Shown: positions 29,208-39,676 of the stretch, piece after piece
Numbering within the stretch: the first letter of the stretch is position 1
Layout: each line of letters begins with the position of its first letter
Assembly (NCBI GenBank): GCA_963663965.2
Contig: CAXXFK010000033.1
Location: 64,001 to 128,000, forward strand
Reading direction: 5' to 3'
Source: Sedimentisphaerales bacterium
GTDB taxonomy: Bacteria > Planctomycetota > Phycisphaerae > Sedimentisphaerales > SM23-30
DNA: 64,000 nt
Notes under the pieces: model-generated
The model's database searches: none
Told to the model about the DNA's origin: nothing
Seen by the model: the letters and a program-made list of their open reading frames with translations, nothing else
Made by a program: the position numbers and the translations under genes

Positions 29208-29544
29208 CTGGATAATTTGGCCGGCGTTAACGCTGTTTATCATGGTAAACAGCGGGGCGGCACAGTTTGTCCATATCTGTGAGCATCATTGCGGGCACGT
29301 TGAGAGCGAAACTCCCAGGCAAGAGGAAGAAACACCGGGGCATCATCATGGCAGTCACGATTGTCAGATTTGTCAGACATTCATGAGTCTGACGAAAGTT
29401 GTGATTACGGGATTACCGTTGATCGTGTCGGTTGAGATGCCGGTTATCGAAACCGGCGATCTGAAAATTTATCCAATCCAAAGTCAGGCGGAAAGTGTCA
29501 CAAGCACCCGGGGCCCGCCGATTTTATCAAGTTTGTCAGGTTGA
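29194..29544 (+). CDS. DUF2946-like exported peptide with CxxC and C-terminal RGPP
   Basis: 116 aa: hydrophobic N-terminus, HICEHHCGH..HHHGSHDCQIC, STRGPP seven residues before the stop. Confidence 0.75.
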   Translation: MRIANWIIWPALTLFIMVNSGAAQFVHICEHHCGHVESETPRQEEETPGHHHGSHDCQICQTFMSLTKVVITGLPLIVSVEMPVIETGDLKIYPIQSQAESVTSTRGPPILSSLSG

Positions 29545-29822
29545 GTACCCAGTAATATTGCATCCAAATTCTGGAAGCCAGACTGAGTCTAACGATGGCG
29601 TTAAGACATTGTGTAGATCGCTAATCCGTCCGGCTGAAGGTTTGGCCTAGTCATATCATCACGGGTATTCAATCGCAACCTGGTCGATGCCAATCTTACT
29701 GAGATGGTAGTACAACTAGAGATGGTTCGAACCAGGATTGCCATGTCGGATGTTTATGTAAGTTAAAAGTTAGCGATTAAGACAGACTTGATGAAATGTT
29801 TATAACCGATTGGAGAAAATTT

Positions 29823-30683
29823 ATGAACTTGTTAAAATTATGTTTGAGTGTTTTATTGTGTTTGGCGGTTTGGCCGGTTTTGTCTATTGCCGATACTGGC
29901 GGTCACTCAGTGGCGCATACCCATATTGGCATTAATCCCAGCTGGCAGCCGGACTGGTCGGACCCGGGTAACAGCGCGCTGGCGGTAGATACCGATAGTA
30001 CGGACGATAATCAATTGTGGTTTTTTTCGGTTCCGCCGGTGCATCCCGTGGCGGCTACGCCAGGCTGGCCGAATTGGGGCGTCAGCGGCGAAACTCCTTT
30101 TTTGCATCTGACCCCAGTGCTGGAAGCGGATGAGGTGATTTTGAAAGGCGATGGCAGCGGGAAGATGCTGTGGACGTGCGATTTTCTGTACAGCCAGGAT
30201 GGCGGGTATGGCGATGCCGCCGGTTATGATCATCTGGATGGCTGGCATTCGGCGTTTGGGCCGCAGGGAGTGTGGAATCTCGATGGGGGGACGATCGATC
30301 AGGCGCCCGGCTGGGCGATCTATTTGAAGCGGGAAAGCACTTCGGTTGAGGAATCCGACTTTATGGCGTTATTGCCGGATGACACCGCCGTATTGACGAG
30401 TGACGGCAGCGAGGTATTACTGGAACAGGAATGGCTGGCGGATGAGGGCGCTTGGGGGATCCATGAGCATATGGGATTTTATTTCTGGTTGACGCCCGAG
30501 GTCGGCCAGGAGGTATCCGTCACGTTCACGGCTTACGATGGCAGTGGACTGTATGCCGCATCCGATCCATATACAATGAACTTTGTAACCGTGCCGGAGC
30601 CGGCGACGCTGGGATTGATCATAACGGGGATCGCGTTTTTACGTAAAAGGAACAACCCCTGTTTTAAGGTAAACCGATTATGA
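29823..30683 (+). CDS. PEP-CTERM surface protein with HxH motifs
   Basis: Signal peptide; GHSVAHTH and IHEH; C-terminal VPEPATLGLIITGIAFLRKR. Confidence 0.88.
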   Translation: MNLLKLCLSVLLCLAVWPVLSIADTGGHSVAHTHIGINPSWQPDWSDPGNSALAVDTDSTDDNQLWFFSVPPVHPVAATPGWPNWGVSGETPFLHLTPVLEADEVILKGDGSGKMLWTCDFLYSQDGGYGDAAGYDHLDGWHSAFGPQGVWNLDGGTIDQAPGWAIYLKRESTSVEESDFMALLPDDTAVLTSDGSEVLLEQEWLADEGAWGIHEHMGFYFWLTPEVGQEVSVTFTAYDGSGLYAASDPYTMNFVTVPEPATLGLIITGIAFLRKRNNPCFKVNRL

Positions 30684-31462
30684 TTATGGTATCTTCGATT
30701 CGAAGCGGTCTACGCCGCTTCGAATCTTTTCGTTTGCGAGGATTTACATTGATAGAATTGCTGGTGGTGGTGTCGATCATCGCGCTGTTGATCGCGATCC
30801 TGATGCCGGCGTTGGGCCGGGCCCGTCAATCGGCCAGGAAAGTTGCCTGTATGAGCAACGTTCGGCAGATGGGAATCGCGTGCCAGGAATATCTCAGCGA
30901 GTACGACGGCCACCTGCCCCCCAGCTCCTGTCATATTACCAAACCTGAGGATTACTGGATATTTATTCTGGGGCACTATACTCAATCGGAATTATTGTTT
31001 CGTTGTCCGGCGGAAAAAGTAGACAACTTTGTCGACTGGGATATTCCATTATCGGAACAGAGAGACCGGCGATATTCCAGTTTTTGCGTGAATCAACTGC
31101 TTGATCCCGTGTGTTATCGATATGGTTACAAGGAGAACCGATACAATAAAGTCGGTAATATTAAAAGGCCGATGGATTGTATCTGGATCGCGGAAGCGCC
31201 GGATAAGGCGACTTTTTATCTGGCGGATCATATTCATCCGGAGAGCTGGGAAGGGGCGCTCGATAACGCGAAAGAGTATATCGCCTGGGACCGTCACCTG
31301 GGTCGGAGTCATTATCTGTTTGTGGACGGTCATGTAGGAGACTTGGAGTTGGAGGAAACGTATTGGATCAGGGATGTAGTAGAATCGGGGGATTCTTATC
31401 GTATTTCGGGTCAGTGCTATTGGTATCCGGATTCGGCACCGGGCTGGCCCGGCAATTTGTAA
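30680..31462 (+). CDS. Prepilin-type N-terminal cleavage/methylation protein (DUF1559-like, H-X9-DG)
   Basis: GFTLIELLVVVSIIALLIAILMPAL..AR..C.SN, RHLGRSHYLFVDGHV. Confidence 0.92.
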   Translation: MIMVSSIRSGLRRFESFRLRGFTLIELLVVVSIIALLIAILMPALGRARQSARKVACMSNVRQMGIACQEYLSEYDGHLPPSSCHITKPEDYWIFILGHYTQSELLFRCPAEKVDNFVDWDIPLSEQRDRRYSSFCVNQLLDPVCYRYGYKENRYNKVGNIKRPMDCIWIAEAPDKATFYLADHIHPESWEGALDNAKEYIAWDRHLGRSHYLFVDGHVGDLELEETYWIRDVVESGDSYRISGQCYWYPDSAPGWPGNL

Positions 31463-31647
31463 TTTGATGGCAGGAGATTTATACTCATCCGTTATGGCTA
31501 TAACCGAACGCCTGGTATTTATAGACGTGAAGCATCGCGTTTCTACGTGAATCCAGGCGGGCATTTTCTATATTAAGACAACGACTGCCAGTATAAGTTC
31601 ATGAAGAGGTGTTGTATAGCAATACTGATTTATTGTGGAGATGACCC

Positions 31648-32427
31648 ATGAAGAAATTTTGTCTATTGTTTATATTGTGGGGATTTGGTGGCGCAATGTC
31701 GCTGGCGGAATGCCCATTGGATCATTTTGTAATTGGAGTGAATGAAGATGGCGTGGCGGGCACGGATGATGATACCCGGCTGTTTGTGAATTGCGAGCAA
31801 AAGTATCGTCATTGCGATACGTGGTATTATTCATTGAGCAGCAGCATCTACCCAACGTATCGGTACCGGATTGGCGAGCCGGGTTTTGATATCTATCAGG
31901 ATACCAATGCGAACGCGGTTTATACTTATGATCCGAACCATGCGCCCGGGGGCGTGCCGGAAACGGATTTCCGGATCGAGGTTCGTATTTTGAGTCTGTC
32001 GCCCGGCTTGCGACTGCAACATAAGGATTATCCCAACTTTACATTAAGCGCCGAGGGTGAGTCATTCAATTACAGCGAGATCTGGCAATTGCGAGGTGAC
32101 GGTCATATGCATTTATCTTATCAGGCCGACAGCCAGCAAGCCTTACGCTGGATCACATTTGGGCTTTTTGATGAGTTGGGGCGGTATCAACCGTCTGAGC
32201 CATTTACGCTGGTTTTCAATGATGAGCCCAGGGCCGGCGATCTGGTTGTTGACGGCCTGGTCGATCTGTCAGACCTGGCGCGTTTGCAGGTTTATTGGCT
32301 GAATAGTGGTGGGAGCAAGGCGAATGATTATTATGAACGGGCAGATGCCAACCGTGACGGCCGGGTCGATCTGGGCGATTTTGCTTTGCTGATGACGAAC
32401 TGGCTGGAGGGTGTGATCAGCGAGTAA
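31648..32427 (+). CDS. Secreted protein with HxH motif and double EF-hand dockerin-like tail
   Basis: Signal peptide; GEPGFD, GHMH; GDLVVDGLVDLSD..WL and ADANRDGRVDLGDF..NWL. Confidence 0.75.
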   Translation: MKKFCLLFILWGFGGAMSLAECPLDHFVIGVNEDGVAGTDDDTRLFVNCEQKYRHCDTWYYSLSSSIYPTYRYRIGEPGFDIYQDTNANAVYTYDPNHAPGGVPETDFRIEVRILSLSPGLRLQHKDYPNFTLSAEGESFNYSEIWQLRGDGHMHLSYQADSQQALRWITFGLFDELGRYQPSEPFTLVFNDEPRAGDLVVDGLVDLSDLARLQVYWLNSGGSKANDYYERADANRDGRVDLGDFALLMTNWLEGVISE

Positions 32428-32451
32428 TTATGGAAATATAGCCAATGATGC

Positions 32452-33810
32452 TCAGGTCAGTTCCAGATTCCAGCCGTTGTGATATTCCGGGTGGAGATAG
32501 GTGTGGGCCTGGGTATAGTTGGTGAAAGCCATGGCCTGGGTATTCCACTGGAGGGTCTGGCCGGGGAAGCGCAGAGCGATAATGCCCAGCAGGGCGATTT
32601 CGGTGAGTTTGCCGCCGTAATTGAAGTTGGAGCCGGCGGGGCGATTGGCTTTGATAGCGTTGAGCCAGTCGACGTAATGATCGCCGGGTACCCGTTCGAG
32701 GGTGGGGGTGGGCTTTCGATAGGCTTTCATTTTAGCGTAGGGAAGGATCTGGACCCCGCCGGCGCCATGGGAGCCATACATAATGGTGCCTTTATCGCCG
32801 TAGACTACACCACCAATATCAACTACCTTGCGGTTTTCTTCCAGTTCTGTCGGGCGGGGCGGGCGCGTTTCACCGTCGAACCAGACCAGCTTGACGGGAG
32901 GGCGGTTGCCTTTGGCGGGGAACTGGTATTCGATACGGCAGCCGGGCGGAAAAGTCATGCGATGTTTATCGGGATCGTAATTGGCGGCTTCGGCTTTAAT
33001 GGAAGTGGGGGCATCCAGGTCGAGGGCCCAGAACGCCGGATCGACGACATGGCAGACCCAATCGCCGATGACGCCGCAGCCATAAGGGATCCAGCCGCGC
33101 CAGCTACCCGGCAGGAACATGGAATGATAGGGTCGTTTCTGCACGGGGCCCTGCCAGAGATCCCAGTCGAGGGTGTCGGGGACCGGCTGACTTTGTTGCA
33201 ACTGTTTGAGATTGTTGATGCGTGAATAGTTGCTGTTACAGAATGTGTGAACGGTGTGGACCTGGCCGATGGCGCCATCCCAGATCCACTCGCAGAAACT
33301 GCGGATATCGTTGAAGGAGTGGCCCTGGTTACCGAGTTGGGTGATCACGCCATGTTTTTGAGCGGTTTTCTGGAGTTGACGGACTTCAAAGATGGAATGG
33401 GCGAGGGGTTTCTGGCAGTAAACGTGTTTATTACGACGCATGGCATCGAGTGCGGCGATGGTGTGGGTGTGATCGGGAGTGGAGACGACGACGGCGTCGA
33501 CTTTATCGCCGATTTCATCCAGCATCTTTCTGAAATCCTTATACTTTTTAGCTTGGGGGTGTTCCTGGAAGCCTTGTGCGCCTCGATTCCAGTCCACATC
33601 GGCGATGGCGTAGGTATTGGTATGTTTTCGCAGTCCGCGAATGTCGGCCAGGGCCTGGCCACCGGCGCCAACGTGAGCCAGATTCAACTTTTCGCTGGGA
33701 GCGGGATTGCCTGGGGCACCCAGAACATAACGGGGAATAATGGTAAATGCCATGCCGGTCGCCGCTTTGCTGATGAATTTCCGACGAGTGATGCTGGTGC
33801 GCTTTTTCAT
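32452..33810 (-). CDS. Tat-exported Gfo/Idh/MocA oxidoreductase
   Basis: TRRKF; VGAGGQ, STPDHTH, HVYCQKPL, QLGNQG, GDWVCH. Confidence 0.93.
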   Translation of the reverse strand: MKKRTSITRRKFISKAATGMAFTIIPRYVLGAPGNPAPSEKLNLAHVGAGGQALADIRGLRKHTNTYAIADVDWNRGAQGFQEHPQAKKYKDFRKMLDEIGDKVDAVVVSTPDHTHTIAALDAMRRNKHVYCQKPLAHSIFEVRQLQKTAQKHGVITQLGNQGHSFNDIRSFCEWIWDGAIGQVHTVHTFCNSNYSRINNLKQLQQSQPVPDTLDWDLWQGPVQKRPYHSMFLPGSWRGWIPYGCGVIGDWVCHVVDPAFWALDLDAPTSIKAEAANYDPDKHRMTFPPGCRIEYQFPAKGNRPPVKLVWFDGETRPPRPTELEENRKVVDIGGVVYGDKGTIMYGSHGAGGVQILPYAKMKAYRKPTPTLERVPGDHYVDWLNAIKANRPAGSNFNYGGKLTEIALLGIIALRFPGQTLQWNTQAMAFTNYTQAHTYLHPEYHNGWNLELT

Positions 33811-34228
33811 GGGCCGCCTTTCGGTAATATGCAATTGGATAAAATCTCGAACTGGCTCTGGTGCGATTTATTCTTTTTAAACATTGAAAAGGATATCGAT
33901 ATTGCTGAAAATTAAGGAAGGGTTAAAACGATCAGGCAACAAATTCGGGAATGAACATATTTGCGATATTATGGAGGGCCCAGATAGGGATAAGATTCGC
34001 CGAGTTAAAATATGATACTGATATGAGTTGATGAAATAATTTAACTGATTTAATGAAAGTGATTTATGGATCATAAAGTTGGGTGTCAACAAAATAATAA
34101 GCACTGTGTATATTAAAAAGTGGGATATGAAATGTCGAGAAAAGGGGATATGTACTGGATAATGAATCTGGTATGATAGAGATTATGACGATATGAAAAA
34201 ATGGTGAGTAGCAATTGTGCGAGGAATT

Positions 34229-36573
34229 ATGAAGATTGAATGGATATTGATATCAGGTTTGTTATTTTTTTCGATCACTGGATCGATGGGGGCCTATGTT
34301 CCCTGTTTGCCGGGCAGTACGGGTGATTTGGGTAGCCAGGCTGAAAATCCTATGATTGTGACTTTGCGGCTGGATCGGCCGAAACAGACGATCGAGAATT
34401 TTGGCGCTTCTGATTGCTGGTCAGCTCAGTATGTGGGCAAATGGCCGGACAGTAAGCGAAATGCGATTGCGGATCTTTTGTTTGAGCAGGGGTTGGATGA
34501 GCAGAACCGGCCGCGCGGGATCGGTTTGTCGCTCTGGCGGTTTAACCTGGGGGCCGGCAGCAACCGGCAGACGAATATCAATGATTCCTGGCGACGCAGC
34601 GATTTGTTCCTAACATCCGATTTTCAAAGTTATAACTGGAACGCTCAGGCGGGTCAGCGCTGGTTTCTACAAGCGGCGAAAACGCGTGGTTGCAATCACT
34701 ATCTGATGTTCGCCAACAGTCCACCGATCAACATGACTAAAAACGGGTATGCTTTTTGCGATCCATCGATCGGGGATACCAATCTGCTAGCGGATCAATA
34801 CGATGATTTCGCTGTATTTATGGCGGATGTTCTGAAACATTTTCGCGATGTGGAAGGCATCGAATTTGATTATATCAGTCCAGTGAATGAGCCGCAATGG
34901 GATTGGAATGGATGGCAGAGCAACAATGTCTGGATTAACAATCAGGAGGGGTGCCGTTACAGTAACGCGACTATCAAGGCGTTAATCCAGGCAATGGCCG
35001 GTCCGATGGCGGAGCGGAATCTTTCGACGGAAATCCTGATAGGCGAAGCCGGGTCTTTAGATTATCTCTATGGGAGCGGGAGTTACGAAGGGGATCAGAT
35101 CGATGAATTTTTTTCTACCGGTTCGGCGAACTATCTTGGCGATATCGTGCCGAAAAAAATAAGCGCGCACAGTTACTGGACCGATTTGCCGGAAAATGGC
35201 CTTTACAGTAAACGGAATAGCGTGCGAGTCAAGTGTGAGTCATACGGGGTGGCGTATCATCATACGGAATATTGTATCTTAGGGGATGAAGGGCCGGGAC
35301 GGGATCTGGGGATCGATCCGGCGTTACGGATCGCGCGCACGATCCATTATGATCTGGCCGTGGGCAACGCTGTTGCCTGGCAATGGTGGCTGGGATTTCA
35401 CCCTATAATTATAAAGACGGTCTGGTCTATATCGATAAAAATACGACTAACGGTAATTATTATGATTCCAGGATGCTGTGGGCGCTGGGGAATTTCAGCC
35501 GGTTTATCCGGCCGGGTATGGTGCGGATAGAGGTGGATCGTTCTGATGGGCTGTCGGATGAACAGACTGCTGAGGGATTGATGGTGTCTGGCTATCGTAA
35601 TGAAGTAGAAAAAATATTGGTGACGATATTTGTCAATTATCAATATGGATCCACGGTCGTTAAGCCGGCATTTCAGGGTTTGCCAGCCGGGATGGGCATT
35701 ATTGAGAGCATTCCCTATGTAACCAGTGCGACGGATGCTTTATATCCTTACGTGGCCTTGCAGGCCGGAGAGGCTTTCAGGATTCCGGCCCGGTCGGTTG
35801 TGACACTGGTAACCCATTATGAACTTATTGGGAAGGGACTGGTGGGTCGGTGGCGTTTTGATGGCGATCTGCTGGATGATCGTGGTCAGTTTCCCGGTCA
35901 GGCATTGAGTCCGCACTATGATGTGGGGATCGTTGATCAGGGGCAGGCGTTGGTGTTTAATGGCGCCGGTTCGGTGGTGGAGGTGGCTGATAGCGCGGAT
36001 TTTTTTAATTTTTATCCGGCGGGCTATTCAGTCAGCGCTTGGGTCAGGACCGAACAGCCCGGTTGGGGCGCAATCGTGGCCAAGCAGGACCGCAGTTCAC
36101 CCTGGCGCGGATGGGTACTGACGACCGATGGGAACAGCGGTGTTTCGGCACTGCGACAGGTTCACGGCGATCTGTATGGCGTCAAAGGGATCAAAGATAA
36201 TCAGTGGCATCTGGTGACGGCGACTTACGATCCAGAGGCCGCACGGGCGCGGCTTTATCTGGATGGGCTCTTGGATAATGAAATGAATACCGATACGACC
36301 ATTGCACCGATTCATGCTGAGCCGCTGGTCTTTGGCGCAGAAACAACAGACGGTTTTTCGCCTTATGTTGGTTTGATTGATGATATCCGTATTTACAATT
36401 ACCCACTTGACAACGTTGAAGTGGCAAGGTTGTATCGTGAAGTTTATGACATACCCCTATGTATTGAAGAGCCGCAACTGGATTGGAATCATGATTGCCG
36501 GGTCGATATCGATGATTTGATGGTATTGGTTGGCGCCTGGCTTAATTGTAATCTATTCCCCAGTTGTTATTGA
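34229..36573 (+). CDS. Secreted GH30-family glycoside hydrolase with LamG and dockerin-like tail; one -1 homopolymer frameshift near 35393
   Basis: NFGASDCW, LWRFNLGAGS, SPVNEPQWDW, TEYCILG. Adding one G to GGG 35392-35394 gives WQWWLGISPYNYKDGL. Confidence 0.87.
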
Positions 36574-36596
36574 AAAAAACGGCATCAAAGTTTTTA

Positions 36597-36683
36597 GGGC
36601 ACCTCTAAAAATTCATTCAGGGCTGCAAGCGGTCTGATTTTCCTCTGGATGGCGTCACAAAAAACCGTGAGTTCGAGAGGGGC
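36597..36683. repeat. MITE-like repeat, copy 2 (shortened), between convergent genes
   Basis: gggcacctctaaaaattcattcag... aligns with 3669-3730; ends in agaggggc, partly complementary to its start. Confidence 0.55.
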
Positions 36684-36686
36684 AAA

Positions 36687-38210
36687 TCAGAACTGGTCGA
36701 TTTCCCTGGGTTGCCAGCCTTTAAAATGGAGGCATTTGCATATGACCGCGGTGCGTATGGTCCGCCCCAAATTGTTTTTCAGTTCAACTTTTCTGGTTTC
36801 AACGGATTCGAAGGCGTTCTGGAAGTCTTCAGCCATTTTGTAGCGTGAGACAAAGATGGCATTGTCGCCGATCCGATTTTCGAATCCAGGCCAGAGATCG
36901 TACTGGTTCATGCGCCGGTCCAGATTGACACAATAGGTGATGGGTTGACCTTCGACATAAAATGCCAGGGTTGAGCTGTACATATAGCGGTCGGAAACGA
37001 TAAAGCAGGGCGTTTGGGGATCCATTTCGGATAAAGTCAGGCTGACTTTCTGGCCGAGCTGGCGCCATCCGATTATTTTGTTAAGCGGATTATTGTTATC
37101 AGGCCAGGGGATATTTACTACAATAAACGGAATATGCATGACCACCGTCGCGACCAGGGCGATCATCAAGCCAGTGGAAAGCGTGCGTTTCCAATGGATA
37201 TTTAACTTGAAATAGGGACCGGTGAAAAAATAGCCTAAAGGGATGACGCCGGTAATCCAGGCGGTCATGGCCCAGTTGGGCTGAACTTTGCCTTGCATAC
37301 TTTTGAGTAGAAAGCCGGCCATGATGGGAATGGTCATCCAGAAGCAAAATGGGTCTTGCCGCCGGCGGGTCATCAGGAGATAGATGATCAGACCGGCCAG
37401 GATGGGAGTGACGATGCCCAGCTGACCCCCGATGAATTCAAGACAATCTTTCCAGGCGAAGGTCAGGCCGTCGGTGGCGTGGGTATGCCCCATATCGTGT
37501 CGAAACATCACCCAGTTATGTTGACTGTTCCAATAGATAACCGGAGTAAAGAACAGGAAACTGCCGGCGAACGAGAGCCAGGGCCAGGGTGTTTTCGAGC
37601 CGAGCCGGCCCTGAGGCGTAAAAATAAGTAACAAGATAGCGGGCAGGAAGAAAAAGATGATGGCATATTTGGCCAGCATGCCCAGGCCGAGTGAGATCAT
37701 TAATCCCAGCCAATATTTGATGGAGCCATTGGTCCAGGCTTTGTGTAAAAAAAACAGGGACAGGGTCCAGAAGAACAATAAGGGGGTATCCGGGGTGATA
37801 CCTATGCCAAACAAGGTGAAAAGAGGGATGATCTGCAGTAGAATGGCGCTGGTGGCTCCGGCGATCGGGCCATAACAGGCACTAGCCAGGAAAAACAGGA
37901 TGATACTGGTGGCGAAGGACAGGATAGGCGCCATGAATCGAATGCCAAATTCGGTATTGCCGAAGAGTGTGACACCGATTTTGATCAGCCAGGCGACCAT
38001 GGGAGGTTTGGAATAGTAGCACCAGTCGAGTCGGCGTGACCATTCCCAGTAGTGGGCTTCATCGCCACTGACTTCGATTCCGCCGCCGATGACGGCCATG
38101 CGGATCAATGTGATACCGGCCAGTATGATAATAGCAGTAGAGAGACATCTTTGCGAGAAGCCCGGCTGCGTCGGTTGTTGACAGGACCCGGAGGGCATAT
38201 CGGAAGTCAT
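36687..38210 (-). CDS. GT-C fold glycosyltransferase (ArnT/PMT_2-like)
   Basis: DEAHYWEWSRRLDWCYYSKPP, TPDTPL, LAKY, multiple TM segments, NQYDLW. Confidence 0.9.
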   Translation of the reverse strand: MTSDMPSGSCQQPTQPGFSQRCLSTAIIILAGITLIRMAVIGGGIEVSGDEAHYWEWSRRLDWCYYSKPPMVAWLIKIGVTLFGNTEFGIRFMAPILSFATSIILFFLASACYGPIAGATSAILLQIIPLFTLFGIGITPDTPLLFFWTLSLFFLHKAWTNGSIKYWLGLMISLGLGMLAKYAIIFFFLPAILLLIFTPQGRLGSKTPWPWLSFAGSFLFFTPVIYWNSQHNWVMFRHDMGHTHATDGLTFAWKDCLEFIGGQLGIVTPILAGLIIYLLMTRRRQDPFCFWMTIPIMAGFLLKSMQGKVQPNWAMTAWITGVIPLGYFFTGPYFKLNIHWKRTLSTGLMIALVATVVMHIPFIVVNIPWPDNNNPLNKIIGWRQLGQKVSLTLSEMDPQTPCFIVSDRYMYSSTLAFYVEGQPITYCVNLDRRMNQYDLWPGFENRIGDNAIFVSRYKMAEDFQNAFESVETRKVELKNNLGRTIRTAVICKCLHFKGWQPREIDQF

Positions 38211-38432
38211 GGGCTTATAAGTTCCTTGAAATATTGATCTTACAAATTCAAAAGCATGTTATCCTGAATTGAGGGAGCAGACAAGCAAAAAACATTTAGA
38301 ATGCAGAAGTAAAATATAGAAACTTTCTGCTAGCAGAAGACTATTATTATTTTAATAATGATAACACATTAAGTGGATATACTCCCGGATGCATTATTGA
38401 TGTGATCAAGATTATAAAATAAAATTAAATAG

Positions 38433-39515
38433 ATGAAAATTCCTGGAAACAAAAATTTGTTCTTATTGAGATCAGTATATCTCATACGTTTACTGGTTAT
38501 TATTTTGATTCTGTTCATAGCCGGGATCTGGATACGGAATGTTGTAGAAAGCAATTTTAAAGTGGTTGTTCCAGGCCTGGTATACAGGTCGGCCCAGCCG
38601 CGAGCAGGTCAACTGGATCGCTGGATCCATCGATATGGAATAAAGACAATCGTCAATTTGAGAGGCAATGACTCCCCTGATTATCAGATGGAGGAAGAGA
38701 TCAGTACGCAACATCATATTCAAATCTATCATATTCAGTTAAGCGCCTATCAACGGATTGCCAGTCAACGGTTAAATACTCTCATCGATATTCTGGAATC
38801 GGCACCCCGCCCCATTTTACTGCATTGCCGGGAAGGTAATGATCGAAGCGGAACCGCCAGCGCGCTGGCAGCCTGGATGATCGGGCAGGAAGATTACGCA
38901 TTGGCAAAAAAGCAGGCTTATGTTCTGCCGGGTCCCTGGAAACATAAGAAGGGTGAGGATCATATCAGTCATTTATTTGACGATTATGAATCGTGGTGCC
39001 GGGAACATGATCGTGAACCGGGTTTTATCGCTCAATTCAAGGAATGGGCCAGTGAGATCTATCATCCCAGCTATTATTACGCTCAGATCGAAGGTCCCCA
39101 ATCTCTGTCGGTCGATCCCGGCCAGCAGCTTACGATTGATTGCTATGTGACCAATCGAGCTGAGGAGGCGATCCCGGCGGGGAATTCAGACTGTAGATTT
39201 GAATTATACAGTCTGATTACGTTACCGGGTCAAGATGATTTTAAAATGCGGGCTTTTTCACCCATTCCGCAACGCGATCTGGCGCCTGGCCAGGTATTGC
39301 ACTTGATCCATACGGTTGAAGCGCCTTGGGAACCCGGTGACTATCAGATGATGGTTGATTTACGCGAAGTTCCCGGTACGCCGTTTGTCCGGCGCGGTTC
39401 ACCTGTGCTGAAATGCCTATTGACGGTTAATCCCGCTGGTATAACCGGTAAGAGCAAAGAGGTGGCTGATGATCAAATAAGAAACAGCAATTCGGCCAGT
39501 ATACTGATCAAATAA
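38433..39515 (+). CDS. Membrane-anchored tyrosine/dual-specificity phosphatase with C-terminal Ig-like domain
   Basis: N-terminal TM; NF..V..YRSAQP, IKTIVNLRG, HCREGNDRSG (CX5R). Confidence 0.88.
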   Translation: MKIPGNKNLFLLRSVYLIRLLVIILILFIAGIWIRNVVESNFKVVVPGLVYRSAQPRAGQLDRWIHRYGIKTIVNLRGNDSPDYQMEEEISTQHHIQIYHIQLSAYQRIASQRLNTLIDILESAPRPILLHCREGNDRSGTASALAAWMIGQEDYALAKKQAYVLPGPWKHKKGEDHISHLFDDYESWCREHDREPGFIAQFKEWASEIYHPSYYYAQIEGPQSLSVDPGQQLTIDCYVTNRAEEAIPAGNSDCRFELYSLITLPGQDDFKMRAFSPIPQRDLAPGQVLHLIHTVEAPWEPGDYQMMVDLREVPGTPFVRRGSPVLKCLLTVNPAGITGKSKEVADDQIRNSNSASILIK

Positions 39516-39676
39516 TGCGCATCGTCGTAACCGAATCTGGCTGGTCCATTTGTGGGCGGTTGTCCAAAAATTCAGGAATTTATTTATCCGAACGGTCGTT
39601 GTAACCAGTTGTGATATAGTTGGTTATAGTTTTCAGGCTGGCATGAGTTCCCGCGGCAGGAATCTTTGGTAATTCC

